Of a DNA stretch of 64,000 bases, positions 53,401-64,000 are shown one piece after another (the first letter of the stretch is position 1; each line of letters starts with the position of its first letter). Source of the DNA: Tubiluchus corallicola (lineage: Eukaryota > Animalia > Priapulida); assembly GCA_030141605.1 (NCBI GenBank), contig JAQGDQ010000342.1, positions 1 through 64,000 on the forward strand. Direction: 5' to 3'. Under the pieces are notes generated by a model. It made no database searches, was not told the DNA's origin, and worked only from the letters and a program-made list of their open reading frames with translations. A program made the position numbers and the translations under genes.

Positions 53401-56400
53401 GTGGAAGCCTCGCAAGACTGCGATGGTATGGACACCTGAAAAGAAGAGTCGGTGAAGATCATGTGGGAAGGGAAGACATAAATGAAGAGATGGTCAACAA
53501 CAGGAATGCGTGGAGAAGACTCATTCAGAACGGCAACCCCGCATAGGGAAAAGCTGGGAAGAAGAAGAAGTTGATATTTTTGTCTAAGCGTTTTGAAAAG
53601 TGAAACCTTGGTTAGGGCAGTGTTTTAGTGCACTGTGTACGGCTGTGTGAATTTTTATCCCAACATGTGCTGTTGTTTTACCATTAGTAAGGAAAAACCA
53701 AATAGATTTTCAGTTTTATGCAATGATACTGTAGCTGGAATGCATTAAGCTTGTAGGTAATGGAGTTGCTACCATTTTTGCAACTGCTCTTTTTACTTGT
53801 TTGTATTGTGTCAGGAATAAGATTTTCAGCCAGAAACTGAACATTTCTTGCATTGCAGGCTTTGATATGAATTATGCGAACAATTGGCCGCTGAGGGGAG
53901 TTAAAGACACCCTCTGGGAGGGAGGGATCCGAGGAAATGGCTTCATCTGGAGTCGTCTGTTGAAGCAGACGCATCGAGTGTCTGATCAAATGATGCACGT
54001 TACTGATTGGCTTCCTACGCTGTACCATGCTGCAGGAGGTATTTTGCACTAATTCAAGCGTTTAATTAGATTATAGAAACAATTTTACATTGTAGGCAAT
54101 TCACTTATGGAAAATTGTAACAGGTAACATTTGAAAAATGCTGGCCCTTTCTCTGTCAGCTTTCTAAACGCTAAATATTGTGCTTGAAAACATGTGAAAA
54201 CTTCTTTTTGCAGGTCTACGAAGAAACTTCTATTTAATTTTATAATTTATTAGACATAATGACGCACCTAAAGTTAACACAAATAAAAATGAACAGCAAA
54301 AGAGATGATTTGATTTTTTAAATTATGTTGATAGCCATTCATTTTTGTTCATCTTTATTTTATTTCATCCTCTGCTTCAAAAAATGCATTGTACAGCACT
54401 AAGTAAAACAAACAGTATTATTGTTTGTTGTGCATATTTTGCAAATATAAGTGCAGTTTGGCACCTTTGCAAATGGTTTTAAAGCTTTGACTTTTTTACG
54501 TGTACAGTCTAGCTGTCCCTTTTCTATAGTGTTAAATTTTGTTCCTGAAATTGTGTGTAAACATGATACTTTTATAAAAAACTGAACTCTATAGTTGTGT
54601 GACACCGTTCATTGTGAATGATTTTTGCGGGATAGTGGGTGATGCTTATAAATTAAAATGCTGAAACAGGTGAAATGTTAGCATTGAGTGCAGTCTAGTC
54701 TCGTTATCTCGCCCCTCTTTATGCCGCCAAACTCCTCTCTCGCCATAGAAAGTACCAGGACGGATTTCCTGCTTTGATATTTACCTCGTGAAGTCGCCAC
54801 CCTCGCTTCTCGCCCTCGCCACGTCATGCTAGGATGAATGCTTATGTAAACTATATTCGTTATGTCGCCAAACAGACAAACTCAGAGGTGAATCGATCAA
54901 TACATATACCGCGTGTCGATGAATATAACCGCGGTATGTAGACAATGCTGCTGTACTCGATAGACAGACATAATTAATCTAGTGTGTGTCTCACCAGGAT
55001 TAGATTAGGAGTGCTGTGGTTGGTTAATGCGCAGAGAAACTAAAGCGTCACCGATATCCTTACTGTATAACACCAAAGCTTGTGTTTGATTAAACGTCGT
55101 GTTGACTGCTTGCGTGTATCATCAATGAAACAGTTGTCTCTTCTGAATTATATCAGTCGTCAGTAACTCATTTGTGAACATTTCTAAATCTTTTGCTAAG
55201 TTTATTGCATTTAAGTGTATACTCGAAAAAGGTTTTTTAAATAAAAAAGTAACATTCTAAGATTATTTTTATGACATTTTTTCATTTCTGATTTAATGTT
55301 GATTGGTATCATAATGCGAAATATATTTTATATGTATATAGAGGAACACTATGTTAATCAACTATTATGTATATACATATAGACTAACTTCGTTATATTC
55401 CCGTTATCTCGCCATACTCGCCTCTCGCCAAAAATTTGCCCTAGACGGACAGTGGCGAGATAACGAGGCTAGACTGTATTGTTGTTGTTTTAGAAATGAT
55501 CTTTCTCTGGATTTGCTCTAATTGAAGTTAGATAGTATAATAGTTTGTTTATTTGTGGTTTATACAGCTCACTCACAGTAACTAATGCAGGGGTGTGCAA
55601 ATTATCTGACCGGCCGGGCCACATTAAACTTTCCCGCAATTCCTGTTGGTCAAGGAGCCAAGTACAGAAGGGCCTAATAATGATTTTTTTGCATCTGACC
55701 TGCGTACATCATTACTACTACACTCAAGAAACTATTTTAGAAGTTATTAAAATTTATATTACCAACCATATATTTCTACTTTCAGGACAGATAGTGGTAA
55801 TTTCATTACAATGCATATTAGTAATGTGTATCACACAGTCTGTGTAGTACCGTGACATTAAGCTACAACCGTCTTGTAAGGGTTAATGGCATCCGATCTA
55901 GTAGAAAAAACTACCCGCACTATCTTTGGTATCGTGACACGGACTTCAGCTGGATACACTCAATTAATCGCCCGGGCCGCACTTTCATTAGGTTGACAAA
56001 TCTCTTCGCGGGCCGCAATTAGCACACCCCTGAACTAATGTCATGATTATCTCAGGATAAGCATCTAGGATTTTCAATGTCGTAATAACGCCTTTAATGC
56101 AAATTCCTATGACCTAACAATCTTATTCTTACTGTAATGTATACGCTCAAATCAAAGTTGCGTTCCCATATCTATGTTAGTTTATTCTGCAAAATACAAA
56201 TTTTCTGTAGTCTACAATTACTACCTCTACCGAACTACTGAAATAAGTGCTGGAAAATAAGTGCTATAGATTATTACGTTACACTAAAAAGCTAAAATGC
56301 ATACATACATTGTTGGTCAAATATTGAGTCGAGAAAAAGCCAGAATGTCAGTAAAAGGTAGCAGTATAATTATAAGTCAAATTTTAAATGTAAGAAAGAC

Positions 56401-59219
56401 GTGTGTACATGACAAGTTCCACCTATACAATGTCAGAGTAGAAAAAGTAGTCTAGCTTGTTGAGCTACAGTCTAATATATGGTGGCTTCTAATGCATATA
56501 CTACCTTGAGAAGGGATAATGGACCAAAACATTTGCACCTGCAACACTTTCGTTTTTATCATTTTCTTATTGTCCTTATAATGCTCTACAGCCTTTTGAT
56601 ATCTAAGAAATATGTTCACTTATTTACATTGTCTTCAGGGATCGTTGTTCACATCAAAGCAAAAAACCTCATTGGCAACGACTACTCCGATCCCTGGGGA
56701 AGAAGAAAGCAGTATTACTGTAGCAGACTGCTGCCCTCCAGAAAACCTTTAACATTTGTGTTTTTAAGATGGTCATAAGTCATTTATTTCACCTTACACA
56801 TTTACAATGGTTTCATGTACAATATCTAGTGAAAGGGCCTACAATGGATATAATACAAATAAGAAATACTGCACAGGAAAAGCCTCAAACACACTCATTT
56901 ATACACGAACGTAAATGTGTTGCGGGCAATTAAAAAGCAGGGCTTGTTCGATTGTCCCACACAGTGATAGAAAAAAAAGTAATGGAGATAATCTGAAAAT
57001 TTAAAGTGAATCGTGATAAAAAAACATTAGTGCTTAAAATGGAATGATGGAATGAATGAAACTCATATATGGTGGCTAAAAACACCAGTAAGATTGGCAC
57101 CGGTAATGTTAGGGTAAAAATGACACAACTAGTTCCAAACTGGTACTGTTCTTGGCGAAGCTTGAGTCTGGTACGTTTGTTGAAAAGTTGGAAATTTCTT
57201 CCCCCGGTATGGCTTACCGTCGCCCGACTGAAAATATCGTCAAAACTGAGAATGAAATTTCCATGAAAGATGTTATATACCATAACTAAATCAGCATGTA
57301 GGCGACTTTCTTCCAGATGATATGTGGAGTTCTTACAATAGCTGTGTGAAAGTCATGTTTAAAGTTGTAGATCACTCACTTTGTAGAACAAGTATAAAAA
57401 ACTATACTACATATTTGCAGTGTTTATTAAACTACATACACATAAGTAGAATGACTGCTGCACTGAACACTGAGAATGAGAGTGTAATGCACTGAACACT
57501 GAGCGTTAGACAGTGACTAGAAATTAAATCCAGTCAGTATATATAGGTATAGGTGATAATGCAAACTTGACTTTACAAAAACCATTACTGTAAAATAGGG
57601 AGAGATCCAGTGAATGCATCGTACAATTATACTGGGGGTGAGTTTAGCTAGTAAAATGTAAAAGGATTAGTTCATAGATGGCAGCACCTAAAAAATATAC
57701 AATTACAACTTCCACAAGCTGTCAATAAGTGAGATCTGGCAGTAGAATGATTCGTTGTCAATAAGTTTTATTCCCACGACTGTTGTTTGCTGGTTGCAAC
57801 ATTCAGCGTTATCGTAAAGTCGTTAAATTTTCTGCACATTTCTATTCTATTGCATATTTTAGGAAATGTGGAAGATCTGATTGACCAGGACGGAGTCAGC
57901 ATGTGGGAATCTCTATCTCAGGACATCCCTTCTCCCCGTAAGGAGATTCTGCACAACATCGACGACGTACGACACATCGCTGCCTTGCGGTACGGCGATT
58001 ATAAGCTCAAGGTTGGACACACATACGGTGGAAGCTGGGATGGATGGTATGATTTACCACAGGTACAACAAAATATTTTATTCTCTGTTTGAAGTACAAG
58101 CCTCTAAAGGAACAGAAGGGCAAGTAGTTAGTGTTATTGAGTGCGTTTTAGCATAGCTGCCTTGAAAGCATAAGACCTGGGTTCGAGTCCAAATGGAGGT
58201 TCAAAACTTTTTCCGACTTAATAATTTAGTATCACTTTTGTTAATTTGAAAAATTTTGCACCACCGGTGGGATTTGAACCCAGGACTTCTGCTTCTGCTT
58301 TCTAATTTAATATTGCTTTTGTGAGTTTATTAGGTTGCAGTAAAATAAAGAAATTTACTTTTGTTTGGAAACTTCTATAAACTTTGTTTACAAAACTACT
58401 TAATTACAGTCGAACCTCGATAACTACCCCCCCCCCCCCCCCTTTATAATGCCAACTTTGCTTAATGCCCAAATTTTTGGCAAAACAAAATGTCTATATT
58501 TGCATTGACATGTTTGTGTTAAATCACTTTGTTATAATGGCAAACTCGCTTAACACCATCTCTTTCTGGAGTCCCAAAGCAGGCGGTATAAAGATGTTTG
58601 ACTGCACGCTCAGTGTCCATCTCTGCTGCGCCTTTACTTGGTTTAGCATAACCGAAAATGTAATTGCAAAGCTTAAACGCATAAAATTAGATCAGTGCGA
58701 AAGGTGCCTCCCGACAAATTTCAAATACAAGCAAGTGCATTCATTGATGTGCTGTTTCAGGCAAAGCGGAGAGACAGCCCCGCTCCTATACATCTTTTCC
58801 GAAGCCATCTTCACGACATCCTTCCCAATGCGACGAAACCGCCAAACTGGGAGGCCGTGGTGATCAAATGTGGACCAAAACCTGCTAATGCCAGCACCAA
58901 CTGTAAGCCAACTAAAGCGCCCTGCTTGTACAACATTCGCGAGGATCCCTGTGAGTACAACAACATAGCGGACTTTCATCCTGACATGCTGAAATTCCTC
59001 TTACAACGCCTCGCTTATTATAATGCCACCCAAGTGCCACCAGCAAACAAACCTGCCGACCCGAAGGCAAATCCCAAATATTACGGTTATATATGGACAT
59101 GGTGGCAAAGTATTGATGGCGTGTTAAATGTGGACGACGACGACGTCTTGGAATCAGACGAGCGGTTTGTCTTCAGCGAAGCAAATCGAGCTTATCGTCC
59201 GTCTCGCAATGAAGTCTGA
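35335..59219 (+). CDS. ARSB: Arylsulfatase B/I/J-like sulfatase, whole gene span (10 exon positions, about 569 aa per isoform)
   Basis: Exons join in frame with GT-AG introns: 114+160+113+114+126+127+117+180+200+459 = 1710 nt. Motifs [43 protein letters not shown] and CLYNI..DP.E. Exact orthology (ARSB vs ARSI/J) is not established. Confidence 0.95.
37443..37960 (-). mobile_element. Non-autonomous pogo/Tigger-like element with a DDE transposase C-terminal remnant
   Basis: Perfect TIRs CCGTATTTTCCCATGTATAAGAGACCC with TA TSD; encodes [11 protein letters not shown]...WVLKAW...[19 protein letters not shown]. Confidence 0.92.
38584..38863. mobile_element. Tc1/pogo-type MITE
   Basis: TA-flanked imperfect TIRs CACTCGACCCTCGTTAAA and TTTAAGGAGGGTTGACTG. 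Confidence 0.6.
38870..39900 (-). mobile_element. Decayed CR1-like LINE fragments
   Basis: The minus strand gives [17 protein letters not shown] and remnants of QGSILGP and NKCKLVHLG. Confidence 0.65.
39962..40121 (+). CDS. ARSB: Arylsulfatase exon 2 (catalytic Cys to formylglycine motif)
   Basis: [53 protein letters not shown](G); TTTCAG acceptor, GTAATT donor, ends in phase 1. Confidence 0.96.
40775..41180 (+). mobile_element. hAT-family MITE, copy 1
   Basis: TIR CAGGGGTGTGCAAA; 8-bp TSD ACCTAGGT. Confidence 0.92.
42947..43650 (-). mobile_element. LTR-like repeat related to the solo LTRs at 51312 and 57345; right end unresolved
   Basis: Starts TGTGAAAGTCA and shares the collinear blocks GTTTATTAAA, CAGTCAGTATATATAGGT and AAAATAGGGAGAGA. 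No TSD found. Confidence 0.6.
43083..43551. repeat. 52-bp minisatellite, about 9 copies, expanded inside the LTR-like repeat
   Basis: Unit CTACAGAAACRTGAGTAGCACAACTGCTGCACTGACCACTGAGAGTGAGAGT. Confidence 0.95.
44206..44318 (+). CDS. ARSB: Arylsulfatase alternative exon 3a
   Basis: 113 nt, phase 1 to 0; (G)[37 protein letters not shown]; AACAG acceptor, GTACAT donor. Confidence 0.88.
44647..45133 (-). mobile_element. hAT-family MITE, copy 2 (inverted relative to copies 1 and 3)
   Basis: Same TIRs; 8-bp TSD CTGTAGTG. Confidence 0.92.
45171..45418 (-). mobile_element. tRNA-derived SINE
   Basis: Minus-strand A box TAGCTCAATGG and B box GGTTCAACTCC, followed by a body and an (ATT)n tail. Confidence 0.65.
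46927..47039 (+). CDS. ARSB: Arylsulfatase alternative exon 3b
   Basis: 113 nt; (G)[37 protein letters not shown]; TTTCTCTCAG acceptor, GTAGTT donor. Confidence 0.9.
47088..47200 (+). CDS. ARSB: Arylsulfatase alternative exon 3c
   Basis: 113 nt; (G)[37 protein letters not shown]; CTTTTAG acceptor, GTATCA donor; lies 48 nt after 3b. Confidence 0.88.
48209..48322 (+). CDS. ARSB: Arylsulfatase alternative exon 4a
   Basis: 114 nt, phase 0-0; [38 protein letters not shown]; CTAAC branch motif at 48182, CCAG acceptor, GTATGT donor. Confidence 0.9.
48367..48480 (+). CDS. ARSB: Arylsulfatase alternative exon 4b
   Basis: 114 nt; [38 protein letters not shown]; TTTCAG acceptor, GTACGT donor; lies 44 nt after 4a. 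Confidence 0.9.
48570..48855. repeat. 96-bp tandem repeat, about 3 copies
   Basis: GCACTGYTGAGAATCTAT recurs at 48576, 48672 and 48768. Confidence 0.9.
49432..49557 (+). CDS. ARSB: Arylsulfatase exon 5
   Basis: [42 protein letters not shown]|GTAAGG. Confidence 0.92.
51312..51722 (-). mobile_element. Solo LTR, 411 bp
   Basis: CGTGAAAG...TTTCCACA ends (left TG mutated), 5-bp TSD CTTAT; TATA then AATAAA on the minus strand. Confidence 0.78.
51828..51954 (+). CDS. ARSB: Arylsulfatase exon 6
   Basis: [42 protein letters not shown](G). Confidence 0.94.
52195..52508 (-). mobile_element. Tc1/mariner transposase C-terminal remnant with one TIR, apparently nested in a MITE starting at about 52123
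   Basis: [21 protein letters not shown]...[15 protein letters not shown]; end TACAGGGTGTCCATAAAG on the minus strand. Confidence 0.7.
52883..52999 (+). CDS. ARSB: Arylsulfatase exon 7
   Basis: [38 protein letters not shown](G). Confidence 0.95.
53074..53569 (+). mobile_element. Full-length bipartite non-autonomous RTE element, third copy
   Basis: Reverse complement of 21977-22475; 18-bp TSD GTTGGTATTTTTGTATAA / GTTGATATTTTTGTCTAA with 2 mismatches. Confidence 0.9.
53859..54038 (+). CDS. ARSB: Arylsulfatase exon 8
   Basis: [59 protein letters not shown](G). Confidence 0.96.
54691..55476. mobile_element. pogo/Tigger-type MITE
   Basis: TIRs CAGTCTAGTCTCGTTATCTCGCC and GGCGAGATAACGAGGCTAGACTG; TA on the right, TG on the left. 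Confidence 0.85.
55588..56032 (+). mobile_element. hAT-family MITE, copy 3
   Basis: Same TIRs; 8-bp TSD AACTAATG. Confidence 0.92.
57100..57325 (-). mobile_element. CR1-like LINE 3' fragment
   Basis: [17 protein letters not shown]...FDDIFS...[20 protein letters not shown]. Confidence 0.6.
57345..57716 (-). mobile_element. Solo LTR, 372 bp, same family as 51312-51722
   Basis: TGTGAAAG...CTTCCACA termini with an exact 5-bp TSD AGCTG. Confidence 0.85.
57863..58062 (+). CDS. ARSB: Arylsulfatase exon 9
   Basis: [66 protein letters not shown]. Confidence 0.95.
58761..59219 (+). CDS. ARSB: Arylsulfatase exon 10 (terminal coding exon)
   Basis: GTTTCAG acceptor; AKRRDS...[23 protein letters not shown]...[16 protein letters not shown]...RPSRNEV*. 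Confidence 0.93.
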   Translation, partial: AKRRDSPAPIHLFRSHLHDILPNATKPPNWEAVVIKCGPKPANASTNCKPTKAPCLYNIREDPCEYNNIADFHPDMLKFLLQRLAYYNATQVPPANKPADPKANPKYYGYIWTWWQSIDGVLNVDDDDVLESDERFVFSEANRAYRPSRNEV

Positions 59220-59863
59220 ATGTGTCATCCGTCTCGCAATTAAGTCTGAATGTATCATCTGTCTCGCAATGAAGTCTGAATGTACTGTCCGTGTCGCAAT
59301 GAAGTCTGAATGTATCATCTGTCTTGCAATGAAGTCTGATTGTATCATCTGTCTTGCAATGAAGTCTGAATGTATTGTCCGTCTCGCAATGAAGTCTGAA
59401 TGTATCATCTGTCTCGCAATGAAGTCTGAATGTATTGTCCGTCTCGCAATGAAGTCTGAATGTGTCATCCGTCTCGCAATGAAGTCTGAATGTATCGTCC
59501 GTCTTGCAATGAAGTCTGAATGTATCATCTGTCTTGCAATGAAGTCTGAATGTATCATCTGTCTTGCAATGAAGTCTGAATGTATTGTCCGTCTCGCAAT
59601 GAAGTCTGAATGTATCATCTGTCTCGCAATGAAGTCTGAATGTATTGTCCGTCTCGCAATGAAGTCTGAATGTGTCATCCGTCTCGCAATGAAGTCTGAA
59701 TGTATCGTCCGTCTTGCAATGAAGTCTGAATGTATCATCTGTCTTGCAATGAAGTCTGAATGTATCGTCCCTCTTGCAATGAAGTCTGAATGTATCGTGC
59801 GTCTTGCAATGAAGTCTGAATGTATTGTCCGTCTCGCAATAAAGTGTGAACGTATCATCTGTT
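59191..59863. repeat. 30-bp minisatellite, about 22 copies, overlapping the stop codon
   Basis: Unit TGTATCATCTGTCTCGCAATGAAGTCTGAA and variants. Confidence 0.97.
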
Positions 59864-61964
59864 TAACATAGAGGTGTGAGTCACCAGTCTGAGTGTGGTT
59901 TCCCTCTGATAGTGAAGTTTAATTGTGCCATTCTTGAGTGTTCTTTAGTTCTCTCCTAGTAAAATCTGAATGTGTCATATAACTAATGAGGTAATCTGGA
60001 CTTGTGTGTGATTAGTGTGATAAAGAAGTGTTTTTGTTGTCTGTCTAACAATAAGTATGGTTTGCCATGCGTCACATCAAGTGGCCATCCACTTATAACG
60101 ATATCAAGTTTTTGGCCGATTTTGAGGACCTACTTGTCTTGCGTTATAATGGCATTATCATGTCTCCTGCCACCTACCTACTCTAAACTTGATATCATTC
60201 TATTCATTATCATTTGTCTGATAATGCAGCCTGTTTTATGTTCAGTGACAATCTATTGAAGTTGATCGTGGTGCCGAACTTAATCGGGTAACTTAAGTAT
60301 GTCTTTAATCAGGTAACAAAGTCCAAGTGTATCATCCATCTAATAAAATAAAGCGTAATAATTTTGGTAATGATATCCAAGTGTATCATCTGTATGATAA
60401 AATTAAGTGTGAACTAATAATCTGATAATGAAGTCAAGTGTATCATTCATCTAATAAAATGTGTATGAAATGTATAAATGTGTCATTAATCTGATAATCT
60501 GCTACAGACTGACTTCTAAGTGTATCATCTGTCTGATAAAATGAACTTTAATGTATCGTTAATATCAGAATGACATCAAAGTTTGTCATCCATCTAATAA
60601 AGTGAAGGATAACTTGTCATTAAACTGATGCTAAAGTCTAAATATAGATTTACTTTGATAATAAAGTGTGAATATTCCAGCAAAGCTCAATGCGTCAGTT
60701 TTGTGCACTCCTGCCTGTAGCGAAGCGAATAGCTAAGTAGTCACAGCATGTGCTCAGCAGTTGCAGTTAAGTGGCGCTGGGTTGCTTAAAAAGTGGGTGA
60801 GCAACTGCTAGAAACACCCGGGCAGTTTCATCCTGTCTAGCTATTCATCTCGAGAGAGGATGTATGCATCCAATACCATCTGTCATTTCATAATCTTATC
60901 TTTCTTACCTTTGATGATTTTTACTGCTATTTAATACTTGATAGGACGTCCTGCCAGAGTCATCGACTTACGGTTATAGGGCTGTGAATTAGACAAAAAC
61001 ATCTAACACTGCACGAGTGCATAATATTGAGTTATGTTCTTGTGTTTACAATGCTCATATGATTGTTTGCATATTTTTACTGATAACAATGTCAGTTTTT
61101 TTCGTAAGACAATGTGAAGCCTGTTGTTTCTTTCATGTGAAACTTTCCGGTTTTCATTTCGTTAAAAAAGAGACAGCATTGTTTGCTCTCTGAAGAAGAT
61201 TTCCTCAAAATCCTTTTATGAATATATTAAAGAATATATGACGACATCAATTATTGATAAATGTGCTTGTACCATAACAAAGTTTATGCATATTGTCACA
61301 TTGCATTATGTTAAATAGACATGTTAATTTTTTTATATCCATGTACATATATTGTCAAAAAATAATCGTAGATTTAGCATTTATTATTATTAGCAATGAT
61401 AACTATATCTTTTATAGGGGACGTTAATATTTATAGCTGTACAAATATTATCCAAAGAGAATCGTATATCTGACATTTCTTATTAGTAATGGTAACAGAA
61501 TTGTCTGTGAATAATCTTGGTGTCTGTGATACATATATGGGGCCTTTTATATTTGTACTTGTATGTGATTTACTTGTTGTCAATAAACTCATTTTTAATA
61601 AACAAATAAACAATTTATTTTGTTAACAGTCTTTGAGTTATTGTAAACTGATATAAGAATTGATTCACTGAGACATCTGCGAGCATTAGAAAGTGGGCTG
61701 TGTTCTTGACTGCTGACAGGTATAAAAAACTGTGTCAGTAAGCCACAATTTTAATGTCATTGTCACTGCCAGAAAGCAAGTGACAAACTACCGATGAAAT
61801 TAGTACAGGGAGGGTTCATTGTCGCTCGAGAAGCTTGTTTTCATTCATGCCTAGTGGGCATACTTACTGACTGCTAGTGAAAGTACCCCAGATTCATTGT
61901 TGGCTAATTGGTATCTCTTGCCTGAGGCTGTCGTCTGGGTTTGTGGGCTGTTTTGCACATATTG

Positions 61965-62553
61965 TATAGGTTTTACATGTCAAATGTAGACTTAGGTAGT
62001 TCAAATGTGTATTGGTAACTCAAATGTAGACTTAGGTAGTTCAAATGTGTTAACAATGGTTTTCAACAAATCTTAAGCATTTTTGGTAAGTCAAATGTAG
62101 ACACATGTCAAGTCAAATGTGACATTGGTATCTCAAATGTGGATAGGTGGTAAAGTTTAAGGATGTTAAATTTAATCTTCTTTAATTTCAATTTAATAAT
62201 TGCTCCTAAGTTAAAATAACAACGTTGTAGGCCTACTAATAGATGCACTATCTTTGGTTTATCTTTTTCTAATTTGCACTTAAATAACTTAATTACCGAT
62301 TTATTCAAAGTAGTGCATCTACATTTGACTTACCTAAGTCACATTTGAGTTACCAAAACACATTCGAAATTTCTATGTCTACATTTGACTTACCTAAGTC
62401 ACATTTGAGTTACCAAAACACATTTGAAATTCTTATGTCTACATTTGACTTACCTAAGTCACATTTGAGTTACCAAAGTCACATTTGAACTTTCCTGTGT
62501 CTACATTTGACATTTGAGCTTCCCTGTGTAACATTTGACGTGTAAAACCTATA
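61965..62553. mobile_element. Foldback/MITE-like element, second copy
   Basis: Same termini and subterminal repeats as 25124-25652 but a different central segment. Confidence 0.8.
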
Positions 62554-63152
62554 ATTTATAAAAATAATGTATGTCGTTTACGGGGTTTCTTGGTCTGTCC
62601 TTTTATATTTTCATTATTTATCTGATTTTGCTAACCGTATGATAACATTTAACATTATGGGATCAAAATATAGTTATTTTTTAGTATCCAATAACTTTAT
62701 ACACCATTTATATACCTAAGATGCTAAACAGATGGGTTATATCTTCACTTACTGCCCATTTTGTTTGTTATTTCATAAACATTTCCTTCTGTTGGTTTTT
62801 TAACATGCTAATTTCAACTTCTGCACTTTTGTGGAATCCTTTTGCAACGACTGAATTTCAAACAGTCATCGCGGGTTTTGTAGAAGCAACGCTCTTTAAA
62901 AGTGGCAGTATATCAACTTGAGAATTTCAAAATTCGATATACTGTTGTCACATCACATACAATAGTAGAAGTATTGGACAGCACAATAATAGTAATAATA
63001 ATAATAATAATAGTAATAATGATAACAACAACAATAACATCATCAACAGCAGCAGCAACAACAAAACACGTTGTACACTCGTCACCACGTATGCCATGTT
63101 TCAAGACAATTCAGTTACAGAACGTGATGGGACAAGGATTGCATACAATAGT

Positions 63153-63550
63153 TAGGGGTGAGCATTCTCTACCAGAAAGCGAATTCGAATTGAACCGAAT
63201 TTTTGTGACTTTCGAATTCGAATCGAACCGAACTTCAGTGTTTCGTATTCGAATTGAGATTGAACGATTTTCGAACAAGTTTTCGAACAACTAGTAAAAA
63301 TTAGTCTTACAAAGATCATGCATATCACTAGATTTTGTTCTGCAGTAAAACGACTAGTAATTTGTTTAAAGTTGAGTGCAGAAATCACAGCTAAATTATG
63401 CTAAATGCGTGATGTTTCAATCGTTTTAGTGATCAGGAACATATGCGATTGAAGTACAAAATTATTCGAATCTATAGTTTTGGATTCGAATCGAGTTTGA
63501 ACTAAAAAAACTCGTTCGAATCGAATTCGAGCGTTCGAGGCTCACCCCTA
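63153..63550. mobile_element. hAT-like MITE rich in TTCGAAT motifs
   Basis: TIR TAGGGGTGAGC / GCTCACCCCTA; 8-bp TSD ACAATAGT / ATAATAGT. A related fragment lies near 42640-42740. Confidence 0.75.
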
Positions 63551-64000
63551 ATAATAGTAGATGTATTGCTAAGTGCTGACTTGCACAGCACGGTAATAGT
63601 AATAATAATAATAATAACAATAATAATAATAGTACCAGTAATAGCAAAAAAATTTGCAAATTAAAAGTAACTAGTAAATAAAAGTTTTGATAATATCAAT
63701 AGTAAAAGTAAATACTAGAATAATAAAAGTAGCAGTAACACTGCAACAGTAATAGTAAATGTAATAGTACAGTAAATGTTTTAATAATACTAATAGTAAA
63801 AGTAATAGTCATATTACTATTAATCATGTTACTGCAATAGTAATAAAAATAGTAGTAGTAATAATAAAACCAGTAGTAATACTGCAATAATAACGATAGC
63901 AATGGCAACAGTACTATGGTGACCAAGTCAGCACTCTAAGCAATTTTTGATCGAAAGTGAAGAGTTGTGATTTTGACAATTGTTTTATTAGAAAAAAAAG

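Noticed and set aside
58115-58290. Possible tRNA genes (B-box-like motifs on both strands)
   Set aside because: No complete cloverleaf could be drawn; these are probably decayed SINE heads.
59128-59871. 247-aa and 234-aa repeat ORFs (LAMKSECI / HSDFIARR)
   Set aside because: They are alternative-frame translations of the 30-bp minisatellite in the sulfatase 3' UTR.

Overview
This is AT-rich, repeat-dense eukaryotic (animal, most likely invertebrate) genomic DNA; most long ORFs in the track are artefacts of micro- and minisatellites. The main gene is a complete + strand arylsulfatase B/I/J-like (S1 sulfatase) gene: ATG 35335 to TGA 59219, 10 exon positions, about 569 aa, with a signal peptide and the CSPTR formylglycine motif. 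It carries two adjacent clusters of tandemly duplicated exons that look mutually exclusive: three 113-nt versions of exon 3 and two 114-nt versions of exon 4, with 48- and 44-nt spacers, giving up to 6 isoforms that differ around the active site. The left part holds a 78-nt exon matching the phospholipase C-beta PH domain (+) and exons of an LRR gene (-), which suggests nested or interleaved genes. Mobile elements include a 5S rRNA-headed SINE, internally deleted RTE elements (one a 1.5-kb composite under a single TSD), solo LTRs with 5-bp TSDs, hAT, pogo and Harbinger non-autonomous elements, LINE fragments and long inverted repeats. All calls are by eye and by manual translation; no database search was run.
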